A DNA stretch of 64,000 nt from NCBI GenBank assembly GCA_029263395.1, contig JAJCXO010000206.1, forward strand, positions 690-64,689. The letters run 5' to 3'. A program made the position numbers and the translations under genes. Under the pieces are notes generated by a model, which ran no database searches, was not told the origin of the DNA, and saw only the letters and a list, made by a program, of their open reading frames with translations. Each line of letters begins with the position of its first letter. Within the stretch, counting starts at the first letter, position 1. This stretch comes from Acidobacteriota bacterium. Its GTDB lineage: Bacteria; Acidobacteriota; Thermoanaerobaculia; Multivoradales; J023. Below, piece by piece: positions 18,747 to 27,300 of this stretch.

Positions 18747-19640
18747 ATGGAAGGTCAACACTCATTTGTTCTCGACAGTAACCCAAACGCTGGCGGCCCG
18801 AACGCTGGCGGCAGCACACGCAAAATCTACGGCATCGCTCAGTGGTCGACATCCAAGGCGCCCTCGATGTCTGGCTCGGGCCGACCCACAGCCGTGATCT
18901 GTCACGGCTTCAAAGGCTTCATGGAATGGGGCTTCTTCCCACCGCTCGCCGAGCTGTTGGCGGAACGTGGCTTCACCGTCATCCGGTTCAATTATTCGGG
19001 CAGCGGCATGATGCCCGGCGACGAGCTCGTCACTGACCCGGACGCTTTTCGTTCCAACACCTTCAGCCAAGAGCTTGAGGAGACACTGCAGGTACTGCGC
19101 GCCGCGGGCCATGAGATAGCACCCGGGCAAGTCGATCGCGAGCGTATCGCCCTCATCGGGCATAGCCGAGGCGGCGGCGCTTCACTGCTGGCAGCGGCCC
19201 ATCCCGAATGGCGAGATCAACTGCGGGCACTGGTCACCTGGGCCGGCGTCGGCACCTTTGAGCGTTTCGACGAAACCGCAAAAGACCCTTGGCGACACAA
19301 TGGAGCGATACCGATCAGCAATGCTCGCACCGGCCAAGAACTCGAGCTCGGTATCGAACTCTTGACAGACCTCGAACAGAACAGCGCTGCGTTGGACCTA
19401 AAGCCTGCCGCAGCCGAGCGTCAGGCGCCCTGGCTGATCGTGCACGGCTCCGGTGACGCGACTGTGCCAGTGACCGAGGCTCAACAGCTGGATCGTGCCG
19501 CCAGGGCACCTCGAGAGCTACTGGTTGTCGAGGGTGCAGACCACACGTTCGGAGCTCGACACCCGTTTGCCGGGCCAACACCAGATCTCATCGCGGCGAT
19601 GAATGCCACCCAGAGCTGGTTGCGGCGACATCTCGAGTAG
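18747..19640 (+). CDS. alpha/beta hydrolase (serine hydrolase)
   Basis: CHGFKGF, GHSRGG, HGSGDATVP, GADHTF catalytic triad. Confidence 0.88.
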   Translation: MEGQHSFVLDSNPNAGGPNAGGSTRKIYGIAQWSTSKAPSMSGSGRPTAVICHGFKGFMEWGFFPPLAELLAERGFTVIRFNYSGSGMMPGDELVTDPDAFRSNTFSQELEETLQVLRAAGHEIAPGQVDRERIALIGHSRGGGASLLAAAHPEWRDQLRALVTWAGVGTFERFDETAKDPWRHNGAIPISNARTGQELELGIELLTDLEQNSAALDLKPAAAERQAPWLIVHGSGDATVPVTEAQQLDRAARAPRELLVVEGADHTFGARHPFAGPTPDLIAAMNATQSWLRRHLE

Positions 19641-19675
19641 CACCGCCGAGGGGCGGCGCTGTCACAAACCAGCGC

Positions 19676-19712
19676 GCCGAGAGAATCGCCCAAGGGTCGA
19701 TTCTCTCGCGGC
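19676..19712. terminator. Hairpin between convergent hydrolase and dodecin genes
   Basis: CGAGAGAATCG...CGATTCTCTCG inverted repeat. Confidence 0.55.
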
Positions 19713-19726
19713 TGTGTTGGAGAGAC

Positions 19727-19927
19727 CTACTTGAGGATGAAGGTCACCTTCATGTTGACCCGCCACTCGACGATCTTGCCACCCTCGACCACAACACTCT
19801 CTTCTTGCACCCAAGCGCCAGTGATGCCCTTGAGCGTCTTACTCGCACGGGCAATACCCTTCTCCATTGCGTCGTGGAAGCTCTTCTTCGAACCGGCAGT
19901 GATCTCAGTAACTTTGGCTACAGCCAT
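19727..19927 (-). CDS. Dodecin family flavin-binding protein
   Basis: 66 aa MAVAKVTEITAGSKKSFHDA...WRVNMKVTF with AGGAG RBS. Confidence 0.9.
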   Translation of the reverse strand: MAVAKVTEITAGSKKSFHDAMEKGIARASKTLKGITGAWVQEESVVVEGGKIVEWRVNMKVTFILK

Positions 19928-20208
19928 GATTGGCTCCTTTCAAAAATTTATGACTTGGCGACAACGGAGGTTGCCACCCCAAAAAACTGACGAATCGCGC
20001 AAAAGCAGCCGCCCCGGCACTCGAGCCCGCAGCTCTGACAGCGATTGATGCGATCCGCAATTCTCTCAGACGCTAACAGAGAAGCAAGTCGGGTGCCAAC
20101 GCAATCTCGGCACCGCCAGGCCGTTTCTCGCCTGACAGGCGTCATTCAATCCTGGGATTTCTACCCACACTGGTAGGAATTCCCTGACAACCGAGAAGAG
20201 GCCAACCT

Positions 20209-20895
20209 TCAGCTAACGAAGTCTTCGATCTCGCTTGCAGCCTGTGCCAGATCAGGAAACACCCATTCGGCTCCGGCCGCGTGCAAACGCTCCGCATCCG
20301 TAAACCCGGTGGTGACCGCCATCGACCGTACCCCTGCCGCCAAGGCACAGTCGACGTCGAGTTCGGTGTCACCCACGATCAGGGTCCGTTGAGGCTCGAA
20401 CTCGCGACCACACAGCTTGGCGGCTCGCGCTTGCGCCACAGGTACCAAATCGCGACGGTTGATCCCGTCGTCGCCGAAAGCTCCAACAGCGAAGTAACGG
20501 TTGAGGCTGAAGCGTCCAAGCTTGATCTTGGCGCCGCCCTGCCAGTTGCCAGTCAGCAACCCAACCAACACATCGTCGCGTGCGGACAGTCGCCCCAGAA
20601 GATCCTTGACACCGGGCAGCAGACGCATCTGCTCACGCCGCAACCCACGCTCGAGATTGCCCAAGTAGATGCTTCGCATCGCCGCCAGCTTGGGTACGAT
20701 CTCGGATTCCTCCCGCCCGGTAGCACCAACCAAATCGATCACAATCCGTGGATCGGTCTTACCCGAGAAACTGTAACCATCCAGCTTTCGATAGTTACCG
20801 AAAACTTGCGCCATCGCATCGACGAAAAGTGGCCCAACCTGAGGGCCACAGCGCAACAGCGTTCCGTCGATATCGAAAAGAATGAGGTGATTCAA
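20209..20895 (-). CDS. HAD family hydrolase
   Basis: LFDIDGTLL, GLLTGN, IVGDT..D. Confidence 0.88.
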   Translation of the reverse strand: MNHLILFDIDGTLLRCGPQVGPLFVDAMAQVFGNYRKLDGYSFSGKTDPRIVIDLVGATGREESEIVPKLAAMRSIYLGNLERGLRREQMRLLPGVKDLLGRLSARDDVLVGLLTGNWQGGAKIKLGRFSLNRYFAVGAFGDDGINRRDLVPVAQARAAKLCGREFEPQRTLIVGDTELDVDCALAAGVRSMAVTTGFTDAERLHAAGAEWVFPDLAQAASEIEDFVS

Positions 20896-21722
20896 CGCCA
20901 GCTCGGAGGTTTCTTGGTGTCGAGAAACGTGGCGATGCCGTGTTTACAGTCGGCGGTAGCGCGAGACGCGGCGTTGACTTCAGCAGCAAGGGCCATCGCG
21001 TCCTCCAATGGGCGCCCCATGGACTCGAGCAACAAGGCTTTGGTTCGAGCGATCGATTCCGAGCTCGAGCGCTTCAGGATCCCCGTGACTAGTTCAGTGG
21101 ATGCTTCGACCAACATCTCCTCCGCCACTACTCGGTTGACCAAACCGATCTCGAGAGCCCGTTCGGCGTCCATGAACTGCGGATCCAACAGCAATTCACG
21201 CAGGTCGCGTCCCTTGACCCGCAAGGGTAAGTACGTCGCGACCAAAGCCGCTACAAAACCGATCCGGACTTCGCTATACATGAATCGCGCACTGTCCGTG
21301 GCGACCACATAGTCATGCGCGGTTGCCAACCCGCAACCACCCGCAACGCACGAGCCATGCACCATCGCGACGGTCAGCGCTTCCTGTTTCAGGATGGAAG
21401 CAAAGAGCCTACGTAGCGCTTCGGAATCTCGCCGATTTTCTGCTTCCCCCGCATCCTTCAGACTCTTGAGGTGATCAAGATCTGCTCCGGCCGAAAAGTG
21501 TTTGCCGGCGCCGCGCAACAGTACCGCTCGGACACCCTCGGCTCGCAGAGGACGGCTGTACAGGTCCGTCAACTCCGCAATCATCGCTGGCGAGAGAGCA
21601 TTGGCCTTGCGAGGGTTGTCGAGGGTCACCCAAAGCAGATCTTCTTCGCGACGCAGACCAAGAGCTTTGACGGGCGGATCGCTGGACATCTGGGTTCCGT
21701 TCGGCGGCAAATCAGGTGGCAA
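20892..21722 (-). CDS. Enoyl-CoA hydratase, probably methylglutaconyl-CoA hydratase (LiuC-like)
   Basis: FSAGADL, GGCGLA, SEVRIG; divergent from HMG-CoA lyase; start may be 21689. Confidence 0.82.
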   Translation of the reverse strand: MPPDLPPNGTQMSSDPPVKALGLRREEDLLWVTLDNPRKANALSPAMIAELTDLYSRPLRAEGVRAVLLRGAGKHFSAGADLDHLKSLKDAGEAENRRDSEALRRLFASILKQEALTVAMVHGSCVAGGCGLATAHDYVVATDSARFMYSEVRIGFVAALVATYLPLRVKGRDLRELLLDPQFMDAERALEIGLVNRVVAEEMLVEASTELVTGILKRSSSESIARTKALLLESMGRPLEDAMALAAEVNAASRATADCKHGIATFLDTKKPPSWR

Positions 21723-21830
21723 ACTAGAGCGGTAGGTGGGGCCGAGACGATGGCTATCCTACATCACTCAACTTGAGGGGTATATGATTCTTGACTGCCT
21801 ACCGCCGGACTCGACGAACGAGGAAATACC

Positions 21831-22829
21831 ATGGAATCAAAGACCATCAATGGGTCAGACGCGACGAGCGAGCCAGCCCTAAAACCCGACGTCAAAATTT
21901 GCGACGTCACCCTACGGGACGGCATGCAGGTACTCAACCGTAATGCGCTGATCCCACTCAAGATGCGGCTGAGGTTGGCCGAGTCCTTGCTCCGAGCCCG
22001 GCTCCCCTACATCGAGGTCGGATCGTTCGTGAACCCTCGCATGGTCTCGGCGATGCAAGACACGCCGGAGCTCTTCGCCAACCTCCACCCTGCCAGCGAT
22101 CAACAGCTGGCGGCGCTGGTGCCAAAGCTCAAGTACTACGAGCAGCTCAAGCAAACTCCGGGCGTGGACACCGTTGCGCTCTTCATCTCCGCGTCCGAGA
22201 GCTACTCCATTGCCAACACTCGTATGACCCGTTCCGAAGCGGTCAAGAACGCCCGTGAGGTCGCCCTGGCCGCCAAGCAAGACGGTTACCGCGTGCGGGC
22301 CTACTTGTCCTACGCCTTCCGCGAAATGATCACCTCTCCAGGCGCGATGCCATCGGATACCGTCGAAGAGCTCTGCGAAGCCTTGCTCGAAATGGGCTGT
22401 GAGAGCGTCGCGTTGTCTGACACCGATGGCCGGTCTACCCCTCAGGACGTCGAGCGCATCCTTCGTCATGTCGGCTCGACCATGGGGCTAGATCACATGG
22501 GGGTTCACCTCCATGACCTCCACGGTCTCGGACTCGTCAACTCGCTGATTGCCTACCAACTCGGCATCCGCACCTTCGATTGCTCGATCGGCGGGCTCGG
22601 CGGCAACAAGATCGTCGAGAACTCGGTCGGCAACGTCGCCACCGAAGAGCTGGTCAACATGTTCCGTGGCATGGGCGTCGAAACCGGCATCGACTTCCGG
22701 TACCTGCTCCGTGCCGGACGGATCGTCGTCGACATGGCGCAATATGTTGGCGACCCCGCGCCACCAAGCCGCATCCTCGCCGACCGTCTGAACTTCAACG
22801 AGAGCCCGCAACGCGTCGCAATGGTCTGA
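21831..22829 (+). CDS. Hydroxymethylglutaryl-CoA lyase
   Basis: DVTLRDGMQ, IEVGSFV, HLHD, GGLGG, GNVATEEL; the Cys usually following GLGG is replaced by Asn. Confidence 0.75.
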   Translation: MESKTINGSDATSEPALKPDVKICDVTLRDGMQVLNRNALIPLKMRLRLAESLLRARLPYIEVGSFVNPRMVSAMQDTPELFANLHPASDQQLAALVPKLKYYEQLKQTPGVDTVALFISASESYSIANTRMTRSEAVKNAREVALAAKQDGYRVRAYLSYAFREMITSPGAMPSDTVEELCEALLEMGCESVALSDTDGRSTPQDVERILRHVGSTMGLDHMGVHLHDLHGLGLVNSLIAYQLGIRTFDCSIGGLGGNKIVENSVGNVATEELVNMFRGMGVETGIDFRYLLRAGRIVVDMAQYVGDPAPPSRILADRLNFNESPQRVAMV

Positions 22830-23130
22830 GCTGACCGCCTGCGGGAGCGTCCCGACAAACAGAGAGCCGTACGCTCTCTTCGTCGCCCCTTGCCCTGAGC
22901 GCTTGGATGTCGACGACTGGGACTCCTTGCCTGGACACTCTTTGCCTGGACACTTGACAGTGACATAGTCATTCTGTAATTTAACTTACTAGATATATTG
23001 TCGCTGATTCCCTTCAGAGATTCGTGCTGTCGTGTCGACTCGATAGCAGCAGGAAGACGTGTCTCTCGATTGATCAGAACCCGAATCGAGGCCACACCTG
23101 TCAAAAAACAGCAACAAGGAGACTTGGAAA

Positions 23131-23658
23131 ATGTTTAGAACAGCACTTTGCTTTACATTCGCAGCGGCTTTGTTGGCCGGATCCAGTCACGCCAATGGAA
23201 CAACCGACGGCTCGGCAGGAGACACTACGCCTACGACAGCCGAGGAGCAAATCACAGAGCTCCGCTCGCTGGGGCGCCATGCAGAGGCGGACAAAGTAGC
23301 CACCGATGCTGGCATCACCGTCTACCGTTCCGAAACGGAATTTGGGCTGCCGCGATCATTCAAAGAGACGATGGACGCTGGGGATGACCCCTTCGTGCCA
23401 GGCTGTGTCTGCTGCTACGAAGATCGTGCCTGTTCTATTATCGAGGGACGCAGCGTCGACGAGTGTTACCCCGGCGGAGATGGTGGCGATGATCTGAGTG
23501 AAAATATCGCCGGAACCACTTGCAAGCAGGGTGTTGCTTGCGCCAAACGCAAACGATACAAATGCAGTGACCTGGTCCGGGGTTCAGTATGCCGGTTGAA
23601 GAGCATTACCTGCTGTGGTGTCCAGACCACGTCTGGATACTGCGAGGTGACGCCATAA
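23131..23658 (+). CDS. Exported cysteine-rich hypothetical protein
   Basis: AGGAG RBS, signal peptide (SHA/N), 12 Cys in the C-terminal half. Confidence 0.7.
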   Translation: MFRTALCFTFAAALLAGSSHANGTTDGSAGDTTPTTAEEQITELRSLGRHAEADKVATDAGITVYRSETEFGLPRSFKETMDAGDDPFVPGCVCCYEDRACSIIEGRSVDECYPGGDGGDDLSENIAGTTCKQGVACAKRKRYKCSDLVRGSVCRLKSITCCGVQTTSGYCEVTP

Positions 23659-23705
23659 CAGCACTCTTTGATTCCCTTTCGGAGAGTCCTGCTCGAAACC
23701 CTCTC

Positions 23706-23733
23706 AGCCGTGCAGTCACGCTGCACGGCTTTG
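23706..23733 (+). terminator. Rho-independent terminator-like hairpin
   Basis: Perfect AGCCGTGCAG-5 nt-CTGCACGGCT followed by Ts. Confidence 0.65.
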
Positions 23734-23734
23734 C

Positions 23735-23852
23735 GCCGCTTGCGGCATCGGGGACGATGCCGACCGACCGACGCAGGAAGCCGCGGCCGTCGCAGAGCAG
23801 ATCGCTGCTGGCACTGGCCGCGATGCGCTCTTTGACGCTCGATGCGGTTGGC
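23735..23852 (-). pseudogene. Orphan degenerate copy of an Rhs core segment
   Basis: Aligns with 25354-25470 of the Rhs gene, with substitutions and a 1-nt insertion. Confidence 0.85.
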
Positions 23853-24020
23853 TAAATTGATCTCAACGGGAGAGGTTATATTTTGTCGATTTTGGCATGA
23901 CTACCTGTCACACATAGAAGCACGTATCACGATGTCGAAACGCGCGTCACCGCGGAAACCTAGGCGCCAAACTAGCCGCAGCTACCCGATGATGGACGCG
24001 GCACTTCGGGTCGGATCTTC

Positions 24021-24374
24021 CTAATATTCGTAAATCACAAGGTAGCCGATCCGCTCCACACAATCTACGTGAGACTGGCTGTCGAAGTAGACGAATAGCG
24101 AGGCACGTGACTTTCGGTAGTAGACGTGGGCTGTTTCATAGTCTGGGCTGCGACAACGATGAACAGGCGAAGCTAGGCTCGATCGGTCAGTTTCTACGAG
24201 AGTCGCTGGACCGAGGATGGCCTCTACCTCGCGAGCACTCATCCCTACACGTATACTGTCTAACTTCTTCTCGTCCTGAGAATAGAGAAAAGAACGAAAC
24301 ATAAAAATTAGCACTCCCAGAGAGAAAAAGATCGCGCAACCAACAGCTCGCCATCTAGCGGCTAAGTTAGCCAT
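24021..24374 (-). CDS. Putative Rhs immunity protein (TM anchor plus BamE/SmpA-like domain)
   Basis: ATG 24374 overlaps the Rhs stop (ATGGCTAA); SIRVGMSAREVEAILGP motif; AT-richer than flanks. Confidence 0.65.
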   Translation of the reverse strand: MANLAARWRAVGCAIFFSLGVLIFMFRSFLYSQDEKKLDSIRVGMSAREVEAILGPATLVETDRSSLASPVHRCRSPDYETAHVYYRKSRASLFVYFDSQSHVDCVERIGYLVIYEY

Positions 24375-27300
24375 CACCGGAGCGACCCATGAATAAAGGA
24401 CTGGGATGTGTAAGATCGACAAGAAAAGATCTGAACCGAAGTCCCGAAAGACCGATTTGGTATAGTGCCTTGCAGTCTTTTTCACAGACAGATTTTCTTC
24501 GGTATCTTGCTCGCTCAAGGCCAGCTGCGGAGCCAGCTAGATTTTGAAGATACCTCGTGGAAGTATTCACATGCTTATACTCTTCATTTCGGATTTTTTC
24601 TGGAGAGTAACCAGTGCCCACTGGGTAGTAGACATCAAACCCTGCTTTGATTGTCACCCTGGCCCGATATCTCTCGCCTGAGCACTCGCATTTGCAATCA
24701 ACTGAGAAAAGGACTTTGGTGCAGCCTAGGACGAAGGTCCCGCCAGCCTTGCAGAAGTTGTTCCTCATATCGTCGAAGGATACTGGGTGATCTATTGCGG
24801 GCTTTACGAACAGCGCGACAAGCCCAAGTGGATCCGTTCCGTTCAACGGCCTGTTGAAGACATATGAGTAGTGAGCTTCCCGAAGTGGGTTATAAATAGG
24901 GTCCGGTCTCGAGAATCTTCCATTGGAAGGCTGATACCACCGATGGACGTTATAGACGACCTCCCCGCCCGCTCCCGACTCTGCCCAAGTGGCATCATTC
25001 CATTGACCTGGGAATCGTAAAAATACCCCGGCCGCCGACGCACCAGCGTAGTCGGCACCGAACGGTTCGAAACCGCCTTCCCAGACGACTGTCCCCGACG
25101 TATCCATCGCCAATGCTGGTGTCCCGAGGTGATCGGTTGTCAGGTAGAGCAAAGTGCCACCGGTGTCGAATTGGGCAACCGGACGGCCCGCGAAGTACAG
25201 CACGTAACTCGCCTCGCCGGGACGGAAGATACGATGCAGTCGGCCGTCCGAGTCGTAGGTTGGCTCGCTGAAGTCTAGGCTGGTGGTCGGCGGACACGGG
25301 CCGGCACTACCCCAGATGCTGGTGTCACCACTCTCGAAGCCGTCGCAGAAGATGCCGCTGGCGGCATCGGGGACGATGCCGGTCGACCGACGCAGGAAAC
25401 CGCGGCCATCGTAAAGCAGGTCGCTGCTGGCACTGGCGACGGTACGCTCTTGACGCTCCATGCGGCTGGCGGCGTCGTAGTCGCGATCAATGATGTTGCC
25501 CGCAACATCGAGTTGGGTCTGGTTGCCGGCGGCATCGTAGCTGAAGGTGTGCGTGCCACCGGCACCCAGTGTGATCGAACCGAGGCGAGCGGAGTTGCCC
25601 ATCGCGGCGTTGGCGACGTAGGTGTAGGTGTCGACCACGGTGTCGCGGGTTTCGGTGAGTCGGTTGCCGATTTGATCGTAGGTCCAAGCCAGATCTCCCC
25701 ATGGGCCATCTCCCTGGGTCAGGTAGTACTGGACGTCTTGGTAGGCGTATGCTCGATCGTTCGCCATGTTGAGAGCGTCGCTAATGCCGGTGATATTGCC
25801 GACGGCATCGGTGGCGTACTGCCAGTCGAACAGTGCGCCAGCCTGAATGGACGCGGGGAAATACCGGGTGTCATAATTTCTGGTTTCGATGACCCCGTTA
25901 CCGAGGGCCAGTGAAGCCAGCGGCCCAGCCGGCTCGTAGCTCGACGCGGTAACAATTCCCAGCTCCGGCAGCCCTGGACGTTGTAACGCCATCGTGGCTT
26001 GGCGGTCGACCTCATCATAGGTGGCCGTGGTACTCACACCACCAGGATACCCGATGGTGGTGCGGTTACTGTTCTTGTCATAGCCGTAACTCAGATCGCC
26101 ATCTTGCAGCATACGGCCGAACCGATCATAGCCATAGTCGACGCTGTGACCATCCCGATGGATGCGGGTCAGGCGGCCGAGAGAGAACGCAACGGCGGCA
26201 TCGTCGTAGGTATAGATCACGTCGAGCGCCGTGCCAGGATAGTCCTGTAGCGTTACCCGATCGAGCGCGTCGATGGTACGCGTCATGACGATGCCGCGAG
26301 CGTCTGTGCGGGAGGTTGCCTCGCCGTGTTCATTGTAGGTCTGGGTGGTGATGCCGGAGACCTCGGACGCTTCCATCGTCATCAGGTCACGATCGCTGGT
26401 GACGTAGGTAGTGACGCCACCTTCGCCGTCGGTGACCTGGGCGAGATGGTCTTGGATATCGTACCCGTAGCTCACCGTGGTGGTGCCGCCACCCTCACCG
26501 CCCCACGGCTGACTCACTGCGCTGAGCCGATCGAGCGCATCATAGGTGTATACCGTAGACGCTGGGTTGATCTGACCATTGCTCGGGTGATTTGCGTCCC
26601 AGATACGTTCGATGTTGCCCTCGCAATCGTGAGCATACTCCGTGATCGCCTCGTCGCTGTTGAACCCTTGGGTGAGCTTGGCAAGCTGGCAACGATTGTC
26701 GAATTGGAACGCGGTTTGAGATCGCTTCTCCCACTCCGTGCCCGTCCAGCGTTCTTGCGCCTCGAGCACCCGGTTGCCGGCTCCATCCAGGGTGTAGACG
26801 ACACGCTCGGTGTGGTTCGTTGCCTGATCGTCGGCCTTGCGCTCGATCGACACCAAACGACCCACGGCATCGTAGCCGTACTCGATGACGTTGCCTTCCG
26901 GCAGCACAGTCTGGAAGAGGTCACCGAAGACGTTGTAGCGCCGCTCGGTGACGAGATCATCGGCCGGGGTCGACCCACGCTGAATAATGAAACGAATACG
27001 ATCGAGCGCGTCGAATTGGGTCTCCGTGACGACACCGTTGGGATCGGTCACGGAGGTTCGACGGTTGAACGGATCGTTGCCGAAGAGGGTGGCACCGATC
27101 AACGGGTCTGTTCGAGACAACGGCACCAGGAAACCGTTGCCGCGAGTGACGTCGTAGGCAAACGTCGTTTGATCATTCGTGCCGTAGCCTGGCGGGTCGA
27201 CTGAGGTTATCTGGCCACCGGTGTTGTAAACGGACACCGTCTCATAGCTGAACGCGGCCCCGGCTTCGAATCCGTCGAACATCTGGCTGGTTCGGTTGCC

